Shown here: positions 1-13,115 of the stretch, one piece after another | Layout of the letters: each line of letters starts with the position of its first letter | Position numbering within the stretch: the first letter of the stretch is position 1 | Assembly (NCBI GenBank): GCA_009914755.4 | Contig: CP068257.2 | Coordinates: 27,424,001 to 27,488,000 of the forward strand | Direction: 5' to 3' | From: the human T2T-CHM13v2.0 reference genome, Homo sapiens | DNA length: 64,000 nt | Made by a program: the position numbers and the translations under genes | Notes under the pieces: model-generated | What the model was told of the DNA's origin: nothing | What the model saw: only the letters and a program-made list of their open reading frames with translations | Databases searched by the model: none

Positions 1-100
1 TGACTGCAGCATTAGTAGCGAGTTTGATAGCCCAATATTTTCCCAGGTAAGTATCTAGAATACCAGCTTCCAGCATGTCCTTTACAGCAGGGACTTCAGC
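1..100 (-). CDS. CCT8: CCT8 exon 14, partial (AEVPAVKDMLEAGILDTYLGKYWAIKLATNAAV...). Exon continues beyond the window start; last exon not in window
   Basis: Reverse-strand translation matches. Acceptor is tgacag|GCT at 101-102. The remaining 98 nt of CDS would complete a 548-aa protein. Confidence 0.88.
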
Positions 101-692
101 CTGTCAAACACAATTTTCATCCTTTCATTTAAAATCCTTTTATGTGAAAATGTTTACACCCACAAAAAGCCTCACATAGCTCCTTAAATAGTACTGGAAA
201 GTAACCAAGCACAGTCCTACCTTATAGAGTCATCCTTTAGTATGTGAGGATTGGTTCTAGCACCTCCAAGGATGCCAAAATCTGTGGATGCTCAAATCCC
301 TTACATAAAATGGCATGGTGTTTGGATATAATCTATGCACATCCTCTCATATACTTTAAATCGTCTCCAGATTAATTATATAACATAGTGTAAATAGTTG
401 TTATAGTGTATTTTTAAATGTCTTTAGTTTTTCCAAATATTTTCAATCTGTGGTTGGTTGAATCAATGGATACAGAACTGGGCTGACTACACACTACAGA
501 ACAAAAGACTATCAATAAAACAGAAGGAAAATGAAACGTTCCTCCATCAGACAACCTATGTAAAAACTAAGAAAATAATCTGCTCCCAAATCAGAACACT
601 GTTTCTCATTGATATTTCTTTTAAACTCATACTATTTTTAGGTTGTGCATTCCCCAAATAAAGCAATTTAAGTTCAGTGTTTTTTCAAATAC

Positions 693-857
693 CTCAATAT
701 CTAATCCAACGTTTTTATTTCCTTCTTGATGTACTGCATAAAGTTTAGAGATTACTTCATTGGCCTTAACTCCAGAGTTTTCTGCCAGTGCGCGGGGAAT
801 AGCTTCAAATGCCTCAGCAAACTTCTTAATAGCATACTGTTCAAGTCCAGGACATGT
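693..857 (-). CDS. CCT8: CCT8 exon 13 (TCPGLEQYAIKKFAEAFEAIPRALAENSGVKANEVISKLYAVHQEGNKNVGLDIE)
   Basis: Reverse-strand translation covers 55 codons. Acceptor is ttttag|ACA and donor is GAG|gtattt. Confidence 0.9.
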
Positions 858-935
858 CTAAAACAAAAATGCGTTAATTACTGTCTTTTATTCAAGCAAT
901 GGAAAGAAAGTCAATTTATACAGAAAAAGCTGTAC

Positions 936-1007
936 CTCTCCATATGATGTGATCTGTTTGGCTAATTCAATTTCTGTTGCTCCACCTCCGGGTACAAGAC
1001 GTTTATC
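936..1007 (-). CDS. CCT8: CCT8 exon 12 (DKRLVPGGGATEIELAKQITSYGE). Contains the chaperonin VPGGGA motif
   Basis: Matches ORF 888..1130(-). Acceptor is catacag|GAT and donor is GAG|gtacag. Confidence 0.9.
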
Positions 1008-1567
1008 CTGTATGTAGCGCCCCCACCAAAAAAAAAATGAACACAAAACAAATTCACTAAAAATCAGTTTGCAGTTTTCTAATCTTTTCACATTCCAGTA
1101 CCCCACCAAACAGGAGTTTTTATCAGTCATTGTTACTCAAATACATATTACAAATTTGGTAAAAATGAGTGGGTGGGGCAAATTTTCTTAGTGCACAGTG
1201 TCTGGTGTATGAAAAGGACCAAAGTGAAGAATGGGAATAGTACCGTATCATTTTTGCATATCCACAGATATAGCACTAAGAACTGCTTTAGCAACTAACA
1301 GTACATTACAATGGAAAACAACGATAAACAATTTTTTTTAAAGCTCTGTTTTGCTGTTAACTCCTCTGTACAATCTTTTTTGGAAACTATCATATTCACT
1401 AACAATGGACACTTAAGTCTTAGGTAAAAACAAAAACAGGTGCTTCATTTCATATAAACCACTCATTCTGAAGTTCTCATGATGTGCAAGAGTCTGCAAA
1501 CTGTACTTTTAAGACCATACAAATTACTCAGACCTTACAAACTACTAAGAATATTGCTGATACTGAC

Positions 1568-1683
1568 CCTTGTAAGAACTTTGAAAGTATTAACACCATC
1601 GTCTACTGCCCTTTCTATGTCATCCATCAGATTGTCTGTAGAGCCTCGAAGTACTATGGTAGAAATGGCGCCATCTTCCTTTT
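1568..1683 (-). CDS. CCT8: CCT8 exon 11 ((E)KEDGAISTIVLRGSTDNLMDDIERAVDDGVNTFKVLTR)
   Basis: Reverse-strand translation matches. Acceptor is ttttttgatag|AA and donor is AGG|gtcagt. Confidence 0.88.
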
Positions 1684-1767
1684 CTATCAAAAAATTAAAT
1701 ATATTTGGTGATTAAATACAAGAAGCTAAAGCCCTACACTTAAACATGTTTTACCATTCCTACATAC

Positions 1768-1855
1768 CATGCTTAAAAACCACCACCTGAGTATCTCCAA
1801 CTTCTGAGAGGTAAACACTGTCACAGTGTCCCATTTCTTCAAGGACAGGAGGTGT
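1768..1855 (-). CDS. CCT8: CCT8 exon 10 (TPPVLEEMGHCDSVYLSEVGDTQVVVFKH + 1 nt)
   Basis: Reverse-strand translation matches. Acceptor is cttacag|ACA and donor is G|gtatgt. Confidence 0.9.
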
Positions 1856-1929
1856 CTGTAAGAAAGTGACTGTTGTAATAAAAATTCCATCTTGTTCAAC
1901 TATCTTTTAGTGTTTTCCAAAATACATAC

Positions 1930-1996
1930 CAATCTAGGAAGAGCTGTAGCACCAACAGTTTTACAAAGTCTTCGGAGATCCCATTTTGAGTTTAGC
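1930..1996 (-). CDS. CCT8: CCT8 exon 9 ((R)LNSKWDLRRLCKTVGATALPRL)
   Basis: Reverse-strand translation matches. Acceptor is ttaaaag|G and donor is TTG|gtatgt. Confidence 0.88.
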
Positions 1997-2791
1997 CTTT
2001 AAAAAACACAAAGACCTTAATAAAAGTTTTAATCAATTTCAGATAGCATATAAAGTTCAAATTAAAGAGGAACCTGTATACCAGCCCCCATGTCACATTC
2101 CTTTGACAATGGATTTTAACTCAGAACATGTCTGGATTGCAATGAACACTAAGGCCAGGAAGCTGATTCCTGACTCTCTGAGTGAGTCCAGCTGGCCAAT
2201 AGTACCACATCTTAAGCCTGTGTTGTATGGCATTGTTCTAGAATTGGGAGAATGGAAGTCACTTTAGGATGTCAGTGGTTTATAGTTCTAAAACACCAGA
2301 GAAACCCTTACAAAACTCAACAGCATATAGAAAATTTTTGCTTTACTTTGTGCAATCAATGTTCTGTGAACAAGAGTGATTTATTTTGCACATTTTATTA
2401 GGTACTAGGGATGGTGGTAGGTAGAAATGGGTTAAGTTGTCTAGTGTGCACCATAAATGTGTTCATGGATTAAAAGGGATCTTCCTGACTCCATACTCTG
2501 ATAGGCAATGCACCAAGCTTGTGTCTAGTCTCTTGGACAAGTTGTTCCTTTTGCCTGGAATGCTTTTCCCTCTTCAATTATCTGGTAATTGGTTCTTCAA
2601 GCTCTCAGCTTAAATTTATGTTTTCTCAGAGGTGTTTCCTGACCCCTCCCCAAACTAAATCCTTCTGCTATTTGACCTAGTACCTTTACTTTCCCTTTAT
2701 TAACAGTCTTCATGGTCTATTTCGTTTAGTGTTTTCACCACCAAAAAACCATTTATGATATAGGTAAAAAAAAAAATCGGCTTTTTCTTAC

Positions 2792-2970
2792 CTCACTAAC
2801 ATGATATTATATTTATTTGCATAATGAAGAGCCATGTCTGCCACTTTGCCACCTGTTACTACGACATTTGCACCAGTATCAGCAATAGCTTTGACTTGTG
2901 CATCCATGAGGTTTTCTTCTCCCTTACTAAAATTCATCAATTCTTCAGCAGTCTTTATCAACACTGTTCC
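2792..2970 (-). CDS. CCT8: CCT8 exon 8 (GTVLIKTAEELMNFSKGEENLMDAQVKAIADTGANVVVTGGKVADMALHYANKYNIMLV + 2 nt)
   Basis: Matches ORF 2788..2982(-). Acceptor is ttgccag|GGA and donor is AG|gtaaga. Confidence 0.9.
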
Positions 2971-3213
2971 CTGGCAAAACAAGTAAACATTCCCTTTAAA
3001 ATCATTTCACTACGTTGGTGTTCAAAGTCATTAGATAATAGTTGACTGAAGAAATAAAGGTTTGGCAAAAAAATATGAAGATATATGTGCATATATTATG
3101 AAGCAGCAGAATACTGTATGTGTGAAATAGAAACTCAGCTTGCTTCTAGAACCCCCTGTCAAAACAGATGCATCTGCTTTTGATAAGTACTTAGGTGGAA
3201 AAGTACTTTTATC

Positions 3214-3498
3214 TATTTATTTATTTTGAGACAGAGTCTCACTCTGTCACCATGCTGGAGTGCAGGCAGGATCTCGGCTCACCGCAACCTCTGACTCCCT
3301 GGTTCAAGCGATTCTCCTGCCTCAGCCTCCCAAGTAGCTGGGATTACAGGCAAGCGCCACCACGCCCAGCTAATTTTTGCATTTTTAGTAGAGACGGGGT
3401 TTCACCATGTTGGCCAGGCTGGTCTTGAACTCCTGACCTCGTGATTTGCCTGCCTTGGCCTATGCTGGGATTACAGGCGTGAGATACCGTGCCCGGCC
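3214..3498 (-). mobile_element. Alu (SINE), antisense orientation on + strand (sense relative to CCT8), in CCT8 intron 7
   Basis: rc-Alu consensus: gagacagagtctcactctgtcacc...gggattacaggcgtgag..cccggcc, with a 5' T-rich tail. Confidence 0.9.
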
Positions 3499-3568
3499 GA
3501 GAAGTGCTTTTATTTTAAATATGTCAGGTAGGTAGGTGTCCTGGTGTTTGTCTTTTGACAAAGGCTAA

Positions 3569-3877
<309 letters not shown>

Positions 3878-4408
3878 GAATAAAATACAATAAAATAAAA
3901 TATGGACCAAATGACCAGACCCCCCTCATGCTACAAAATTTTAAAACTATCAACAACTTGGATTTCAAGAATTCTAGAGATGAAGTCAGCCACTATTGAC
4001 TATAAACACAAACTTCAAACTTTCTAACATGTATTTTTAGAAACATACTTACCATTTTCAAATTACATTAGCTTATCTTGTTTTAGGATGCTACAGAATG
4101 TCAACTTTATTTTCGTGAAGAGCACACAAAATACTCACATTCTCATATTCTTTCACTTGCTGAATGTATAAGCTCTACTAGAAGGGCTGTGTGTCAGATT
4201 ATAAATAATACGGCCACCATCTTTATATTTCCAGTTTAATGTTCAGTAGTTGAATTAGATATTTGAAGACTATAAATCTGGCATAAAAAAATAGGTAAGA
4301 TCCTGCAATGTTCAGTTTTTTAAGAAGTACTTACTGGTTTAAGAGCTAACTCAAACAATCTGAAAGTGCAACCCCAATTATTACTTTTAAGGTTTGAAGT
4401 CTACATAC

Positions 4409-4546
4409 CTTAGTTTCTGTTATCATGCCATCAAAAGGACAAGAGTACACTGCTATTTTTGCATCTTTGACAGATGTTACATCACCTTCGGTTTCCTTCT
4501 TAAAAACCATGCCATGCAATACTGAAGAGGAACTGATACCAGAGCC
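4409..4546 (-). CDS. CCT8: CCT8 exon 7 (GSGISSSSVLHGMVFKKETEGDVTSVKDAKIAVYSCPFDGMITETK)
   Basis: Reverse-strand translation matches. Acceptor is ccttag|GGC and donor is AAG|gtatgt. Confidence 0.9.
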
Positions 4547-5242
4547 CTAAGGAATTGAATACCAAACTCATCAGCAATCTCCTGAAAATAACATTACGGT
4601 CAAACTGTTGATTCTCCATATACCAAAAATATCCCTTTCTAAAATAAAGTCATAAACCAAGGCAGTGACTCCTGGGATAAGGGGTGGAGTGGTGGACATA
4701 CAGCACACCCTTCTGCTCGAGGCAGAAATCACTGAGGGAATGAGCTACTTTTAGGGAGGGGAGGTCCTTCCATGTACTGGGAAGAACCAAAGGCAGAGAA
4801 CTGGTCTTAGCCATTCAGTTACCTAGTACTTGGTGCCAATATACCAGCCACAGCTGTCAGTACTGCAAATACAACACAGAACAAAGCAAAGATTCTGTTC
4901 TCACAAGGTTGCATTTAATGGGAAAAGCTGGCAGTACGTGGAGGGAGACAGCAAACATAGAACACGTGAGTATCTTCAGGGAAAGCACATGTACTTATGT
5001 TATGCTAAATTCACATTAACAATCAGAATGCCAATGTGCAAAACCAAAACCATTCCACTGATAGGTTTTACTCTATCAAGCACATTTTATCAAAAATATA
5101 CTTTAATATTTCAATACTAACATTAAAGTGTGAATTCTATTATTGAAGAGGAATAGGACGATTTCCACCCCACTCAAAACTGTCTTATAAGCTTATTATA
5201 ATTCAGAGTATTATGAAGAACACAAAAAAATTAGTATTTTGC

Positions 5243-5560
<318 letters not shown>

Positions 5561-5697
5561 TTATTCTTAAACCCACAAGACATCACAGAAAATGACTTTA
5601 TAAGGAGATAATATGTCAATATCCTTTTAAACTTAAATAGGTAGTAGTATTATTACAACTTAGCAACATCAAAATGTTACAAAATAATGCCTCAAAG

Positions 5698-6001
5698 GCC
5701 AGGCACGGTGGTTCACGCCTGTTAATCCCAGCACTTTGGGAGGCCAAGGCAGGTGGATCACCTGAGGTCGGGAGTTCGAGACCAGCCTGACCAACACGGA
5801 GAAACCCCATCTCTACTAAAAATACAAAATTAGCCGGGTGTGGTGGCGCATGCCTGTAATCCCAGCTACTCGGGAGGCTGGGACTGGAGAATCACTTGAA
5901 CCGGGAGGCGGAGGTTGCGGTGAGCCGAGGTCATGTCATTGCACTCCAACCTGGGCAACAAGAGCGAGACTCCGTCTCAAAAATAAATAAGTACATAAAT
6001 A
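5698..6001 (+). mobile_element. Alu with TSD aaaataatgcctcaaa, in CCT8 intron 6
   Basis: ggccaggcacggtggttcacgcctgt...A-rich tail. Direct repeats flank it. Confidence 0.9.
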
Positions 6002-6154
6002 AAAATAATGCCTCAAAAAAAGTCCTAAGTGTTCAAATCATGAAGTAACATTTAGGTTTAGATGAACACATTTTTTTTTTTTTGCACAAAAAAACAAAAA
6101 AAGCACACAAAAAAACTGACCTAGATATGTAGCATTAATGCATTTTCTACTTAC

Positions 6155-6216
6155 CAGAATTTTACAAACTCTGATGTTATCAACATTGAAATGGCCGGAA
6201 TCAGGAAAAATAGATA
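6155..6216 (-). CDS. CCT8: CCT8 exon 6 ((V)SIFPDSGHFNVDNIRVCKIL)
   Basis: Matches ORF 6038..6259(-). Acceptor is aacag|TA and donor is CTG|gtaagt. Confidence 0.9.
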
Positions 6217-6329
6217 CTGTTAAGAAAATGAGACATATCAAAAGATTATTTTGGGACAACAGAGAAAGTATCTAGTCATGTTAAAGGTATTTTTATTTTG
6301 GATCTTTTCATTTACTGATATTTACTTAC

Positions 6330-6510
6330 CGCATGCCTGAGCAATAAGCTTGGCCAGAAATACTTCATTACCATATTGTTTACTCATTATGGAGGTACGA
6401 AGTAGAGATGAGACTTCATCAATATCTCGAAGGTTTTTTGCAGAACAACATACCAAATTAGGAAGAATCTCATGAGCTTTTCTGCAGGCTATTTCATAAC
6501 CTTCTATGAC
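6330..6510 (-). CDS. CCT8: CCT8 exon 5 (VIEGYEIACRKAHEILPNLVCCSAKNLRDIDEVSSLLRTSIMSKQYGNEVFLAKLIAQAC + 1 nt)
   Basis: Reverse-strand translation matches. Acceptor is gttttag|GTC and donor is G|gtaagt. Confidence 0.9.
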
Positions 6511-6639
6511 CTAAAACATAAACAACATTTCCTATTCTGACATGACTTAAAGTAGCTTATTTTGGTAACCCAATGCATATGGATGTTTATTTTTGATACA
6601 AAATGACAAAGAATATACTTCGGAATAAAACATATAGTA

Positions 6640-6930
6640 GACTCTACTAGTTATGAATGGAGGCTTAGATGACAGCCCAAATTTGAATCTTAACTCTACC
6701 TAACTCACTAGCTATGAGATCTTGGGCAAGATTTTTCTAATTTTAGTCTCTTTTCTCATCTAAAATAAAGTGGGAAAAAAAATAGATAAAATGGGATTAT
6801 AAGGCCTCACTAATAGGGTTTTTGTGAGACTAAAATGATACAGCATGTGAAGCATATGTACTATAATGGCTGGTACAGAGCAAACTGCTCAGTGCATGTT
6901 AGCTACTACTATAATAATGATTTTAGTTTA
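6640..6930 (+). mobile_element. MIR (ancient SINE) in CCT8 intron 4
   Basis: Core resembles MIR: ..cttaactctacctaactcactagctatgagatcttgggcaag... and ..acagagcaaactgctcagtgcatgttagctactactat. Confidence 0.5.
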
Positions 6931-6994
6931 TGTTTTAAGCAGGTGTATATGTAAGCAAAAATTTAGTAGGAGTAAATTATAAATGAACACTTGC

Positions 6995-7144
6995 CTCTGA
7001 AACTGACAGGCCAATCCTCAGAAGTTCTTCAGCTAATTCCAGGAGAGCTCCAGCAAATACCAGAACAAAGTTTGTGCCATCTCCAACTTCTTGCTCTTGC
7101 ATATGAGAAGCCATTACAATCATTTTTGCAGCAGGATGCTGTAC
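6995..7144 (-). CDS. CCT8: CCT8 exon 4 (VQHPAAKMIVMASHMQEQEVGDGTNFVLVFAGALLELAEELLRIGLSVSE). Ends at a GC donor (GAG|gcaagt)
   Basis: Reverse-strand translation is continuous over 50 codons. Acceptor is ctag|GTACAG. The only donor compatible with the downstream exon is GCAAGT. Confidence 0.88.
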
Positions 7145-7850
7145 CTAGTAGAAAAGGTAATATCAAGTTAAACATCTGATCCTTAAAGCAACATAAAATT
7201 GTTCATTTCCATTTCTTAAATAGACTCAATTTTCTTGTAGATTAGGTAACTCCATCTGATCACACTGCTACACTGCTATACGCTACTTATAGTGTGGTCA
7301 CAAGAAAAAATCCAAGTCCCTTTATGCCGATCAGCACAAATGTATCAATATAAATAAGAATTTCAAAGTGCATCCTCTTTTGGTGGCCTGCACATACAGT
7401 GCCACACATATGTTTCACCATATCATATTTCACTAAATTAAAAAACAAAGTAATTACAACCACCAAACCTAGATATTTTTTAAAAGCCTTCAGGAGAACT
7501 AAAATAGATACCACTTAACTTGGTCATGACTCTCAATATCTATTTTACTATATATTCTTGTTGTAAGGGTTATCATTTGTGATTTAAAGAAAAGGGGGAG
7601 TATAAAACTTTTCTTCAAATATAACATAATTTTATGTGGATTTTATTCTTAGGATTTAATTTTAGATACCTTTACAGAAACAAGCCAAGGAGTAAGAACT
7701 GAGAGCAACAAGAAAACTATAAAAAGTCAGCCCTGTGATTTTATTATTTTGACGGTATCACCACTGTACTTTAATAACTCCTGAGATCATCAGTGTGCAA
7801 CATTAACATTCACAGTGACAAACCCTTGTACAAGTGTTTTGTGGAGTTAA

Positions 7851-8225
<375 letters not shown>

Positions 8226-8861
8226 TAGAAAAATGTTGATTCTTCTATCGTTTCATTTAAAACAAAAGATTAAGTTCTAGTGCTTTCAAGGGCTAAGCTT
8301 CAGGAAAATTCCCTGAGGTTGAATATGTTATCCTTTAATTACAAGGCGGGAATGAGGAATGGCTCTCTCTGCCTGTTCAGGTGCCAGACCTTCCTTATAA
8401 CCCTGCTGGCAGGCAGTATCTATTTTATAGATTCTAATAGTAAAACTAAAGCTGAACAAAGTAAAATGCCATCAACTGATTGTTTTTATTTTCACAAAAC
8501 CAAATGGTTGGATCTTTTTAAAAACCACTGTTATATGTATACGTTTTTGCACTGTGGAATAATTCACTTCAGAGTCACCCTATAGAATGAAGACAATGGT
8601 AATCAATTTCATATCGTAATTAGCAATGTATCACAACCAATCCCTCCATAAATTAATAACTTGAGAGATTTTTAAGATTTCAGTGGCTAAAACATTCAAT
8701 CTAAAGAGGACTCTTTATAATTAGAACAATCTGTACAATAAATTTTCAAGCTGGAAAAATAGTCCCTTATCCAATCTGAAATAAGAGATTTCTTCTAGTT
8801 AAAATCTACTTAATTTTGATGTCACCAAAATATTTCTTGACTTTTTAAAGAAACAACTTAC

Positions 8862-8941
8862 TTCTAGTTCTCTTAAAATAGTTGCTGCATCGTTTGTCAC
8901 AAACAACTTCTCCAAGTGGTTGATAACCATTTTGTTCATTC
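8862..8941 (-). CDS. CCT8: CCT8 exon 3 ((G)MNKMVINHLEKLFVTNDAATILRELE)
   Basis: Reverse-strand translation matches. Acceptor is tttgag|GA and donor is GAA|gtaagt. Confidence 0.9.
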
Positions 8942-9685
8942 CTCAAAAGTAACAGTTAAAAAAAGAAAAAGAAAGCCATTATTAATCAAATCCTTCCCCA
9001 AATACCCAGGAAAATCTAGTTAAGAAATTATAAATTTGTATATTAAAAAAAGAGCTTTGCAAGAAAACACATACTATCTATTCTTCAAGTTTATCTTATA
9101 GCCCCATGGGCATTCTCTGACTGCAGACCCATATTCTTTCTTCCCTTTCTAATGTCCTACAATATTTACTACGTAAGATGCCAAATCTCACATTTTTGCC
9201 AATTTCTATCTTCTGTTTGCAACATGACTGTCATGCAGCAAGTGCTCAACAGAAATTAACATGTAAAAAGGCCAAAATAATCTACTTAGTATATTTAGTT
9301 GTATGTTTATTCCATGAAACTGTATCATTTAAATTTAATTGGTGGTAGAAGGCAAGAGGAAGGAGAGAATTTTCTTCCTTAAACTATGTCACTTTTATAT
9401 TTAGTGTTTGTCAGAATGAACATTAGGTACTATCTTACTAGTCAAAGTGTTATAATTTTTCTATCCTCTCAACAGGATAAAAAGTAATATATTGACCCCC
9501 ATTTTTCTAAAGAGATGTGAGTTGATTGAAAATTAGAAATAACTAAAAATTGGAAATGAACTATCATTGAGCTATCAAATTAACTTCCGAAGCCATACTA
9601 TAACATCCTCAGAACAAGTCTGAAAGAAGACGTAGTACACAATATTCTACTACTGTATCTTTACAAATATTAATTTAGAAATTAC

Positions 9686-9776
9686 CATTTGGTCCATATG
9701 CTGTACGAGTGGTTTGGGCAAGCTCCTTGCAAGCTTGTATGTTTCTATACACAGCCTCTTCTAATCCTGAAAAGTG
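9686..9776 (-). CDS. CCT8: CCT8 exon 2 (HFSGLEEAVYRNIQACKELAQTTRTAYGPN + 1 nt)
   Basis: Reverse-strand translation matches CCT8. Acceptor is ..ttaacag|CAC and donor is G|gtaatt. Confidence 0.9.
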
Positions 9777-9894
9777 CTGTTAAAAAAAACAAACAAAAAA
9801 CCCCGCTAATTAGACAGGACAGTGAAACAAAAATTTCAAATACAAGATATCTTTGCTTATATCTTGCCTCTAATAAAGAGGGAGCATAGCTTAG

Positions 9895-10040
9895 GTATTT
9901 GGCACAAGAGGGCTGGTTGCAAATCTTAGCTTTCTGGCTCTTTTTAAATTTGGGCAATTTTCTTAACATTTCTTCATTATAAAATGAAGTAATTATAATA
10001 GTACCTAACTCATAGGATTGTTGAGACAATCAAACAAGAT
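9895..10040 (+). mobile_element. MIR fragment in CCT8 intron 1
   Basis: cttaacatttcttcattataaaatgaagtaattataatagtacctaactcataggattgttgag matches the MIR 3' region. Confidence 0.5.
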
Positions 10041-10801
10041 TTTTTAATGTAAAACACAGCATTTGATATTCATAAATGATGCATACATTTCCTCTCTAGT
10101 TGAATGAATAAAGTATAACATTTTGGGGGACCGCAGGTACCTACTTACACATCAAAAGACTTAAAATTTTTTTTATTAAAAGTAGTGAAAAGTACAGGGA
10201 ACCATGCTAAGACTAATTAGAGAAAGGGTATGAGGTACTTCAAGTAGAATACCTTTCCAGAATTTATCAGTATTTTCTAACTAACTGTTGAAATGTGGAA
10301 TATTCTTATTGTGTTAGAATCTGGGCTTTTGTAAAGCCAGAAGTTCTTTAAGTATGTGCCACTGAAGTGTTTAGAGACTGAATACTTTTTTTGAATTGCA
10401 ACATTATCCCAATGTATATGTATTGAAAAGCGAACTGCTCACGGTACTAAAAATTCTCACAAATTCTACACTGGACTTTTTTAGAGTTGAGGTTTACTTG
10501 GGTCCTCAGATATATTTCACTAATCTACTGTGCATGAGAACATTTCTTTAGAGAAGCGCTGCCCAATACAGTAGCCACTAGCTACATACATGGGGCTAGT
10601 AAAAGCAATCAAAATAAACTTTCAAGTAATTAAAATTAAAAAATTCAGTTCCTCAATTGCAGGAGCCACAGTTCAAATGCCCAGTAGCTACATGTGGGTA
10701 GTGAATATCACACTGGACAGCGCTGATACAGCGTATGTCCAGCACTGCAAAAAGTTCTATTTACATAGTACTGCTTTACAATACAAGCCATGATTTTGTG
10801 A

Positions 10802-11118
<317 letters not shown>

Positions 11119-11432
11119 CCTGCCAATAGCCACTGCTTTAAAAGCATCTTCAGCAATAAGAACTGTTATTCCAGCAATAACACTTAAGTCTGAACTCCTG
11201 GCTTACACTCTTGCTTCTTCCCCTCACTCCCCATTCTGTGAGAAACTACCATTTGATCAGATCCCCTCATTCCCATACTTAAGACCCTTCAATGGTTTCC
11301 CAACCAGCTTAGGATAAAATGCAAATCCCTTTTCAAGGAAACAAGGCCCTACGTATCCCGGCCCTTGTATGGCTCCTCCTCTGAACTTACCATTCTTCCT
11401 TTCTTTGGTAAGCTTCAGCCCTACAACCTGTT

Positions 11433-11460
11433 GTTGTTGTTGTTGTTTTAAAAAAAAAAA
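11433..11460. repeat. (TTG)n microsatellite followed by an A-run
   Basis: gttgttgttgttgttgtttt aaaaaaaaaaa. Confidence 0.9.
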
Positions 11461-12970
11461 CAGGTCAAAATCATTCCTTCCTCAGGGTCTTTGTACTAGT
11501 TAGTCCCTGAGCCTGGCATTTCCCCCTAAGTAAGAGGTCGGGGGAAACAGCCCAGGCTCAGGGGCTTCTCTCACTAAGCACTGAGCTAAGAGTTCTTCCC
11601 TAAACGTCTAAGTGTTCTGTCTATTCCTGATCCTTCTTTTACAGACATTTTTACCTCCTGTCATCCTCTACTATAGTGCAGTTTCTTTCATCATTATTTG
11701 GAATTCTCCTTTTATTTAATCATTATTTCTGCCTTAGAAGGACATAAACTCTACGACAAATGGGACTTTTGTCTTTCACTGCAGTTCCTTCAGTACCTAT
11801 TTATTGAAAGAAATAGCTCAGTGTTCTGTAAAAAACTACTAGCACTGGAATGACAAATAATGTTTTGTGATACACGAGTTTTCCAAAACTGTATTAGTGA
11901 AAAAAACCCAAATTGGAAGCTATTATCTCAGCCTGATTTTTTCAAGGGAATCAGCCCATATCATTTTCAAAAGATTATTCCACCAACATTTACCTTGAAC
12001 CCTGACATTTACTTACTATACCGACATTATTTGAAAAGTGCATCCTACAAACATGAACCTAGTTCTATTAAACTGTTAATGCTCCCCGTACCTCGCATAA
12101 AACCTTAAATTCAACCACACTGATCTATTTCTTGAATTAACAAAATCTGGAGGACACACAGAGGAATGCAATTTGAATAGCACAAGAGACAAATTTATCA
12201 ATAGTGCAGTAAGATATTTTTTAAAACTATGCTACCGAACTAACGTTCAAGAAAAGGCCATTAAACAAAAGTGTTATCTGCACCCCTCTATCACTTATCC
12301 TGCAGATTACACAGAACTCAAAGACACCACCTCTTGGTCCAATCTCCATAATTTAAAGACGAAGGAAACAAAACCCAAGAAAGTTAGATTTTAGATTAAG
12401 CCAGCTAACATAAGTTGGGACCGGAACTCATTTGGCTACAACGCATGGCTTCTGTCAACTAAGCTGAAAGCCGTATGTTTCTCACTGGGAAGCAAGCAAC
12501 CAAGACCCGGCCCTTTTTCCCACTCTCTTCTCTGGATCGGCTAGTTCTCGTTCTTCCCCATCCTACAACTCGCGAGCTATGTGATAATCGACGTCGCAGT
12601 TCTCAAGACAATTTCATCTACGTTATTCAATTTCACCCTCACAACCTCCTTTAAGGGTGACGGGCCTTAGCCCCATTTATGGATGGAGGCAAAACGCACG
12701 CGCGGCTTCACATCCGTCCACCTTCAAGGTGTACAATGTCGATCGTGCCGCCGATCCCTCGGCCTTCTCCCGGTCGCGGAAGAAGAGAAGTGCCCGCAGG
12801 CTCCGGTGGCCGAGCCCTTCCAAAATCACCTCCCTTTCTGGAATCTTCTCTTCCCCCGGCCGCTGAGCCAGGGCAGCACGCTCAGCCCGTTACTAGGCCC
12901 TCCTACTTCGCCGCGGCCGCCGCAGCCCTATGCTGACGCTCCCACCTCATTCCTTTCCTTCAGCCCTTAC

Positions 12971-13030
12971 TTTCGCTCCCTCCTTGAGCATCTGGGCAAA
13001 GCCCGGAGCCTTGGGAACGTGAAGCGCCAT
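12971..13030 (-). CDS. CCT8: CCT8 exon 1, coding part (MALHVPKAPGFAQMLKEGAK). ATG at 13030..13028; GTAAGG donor immediately downstream (rc of 12965-12970)
   Basis: The reverse complement of 12971-13030 translates exactly to the CCT8 N-terminus and ends at a GT donor. It sits in a CpG island. Confidence 0.9.
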
Positions 13031-13115
13031 GGCCAGCCTGCAGGAAGCAGTTCACGCGACCGCTCGAAAGACCGCGGAGGAAGCGAGGAGCACGCACAGC
13101 CTTCTGGGAAAGCAG
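13031..13115 (-). other. CCT8: CCT8 5'UTR (approximate; TSS not determinable from sequence)
   Basis: GC-rich sequence immediately upstream of the ATG on the minus strand, inside the CpG island. The extent is a guess. Confidence 0.4.
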
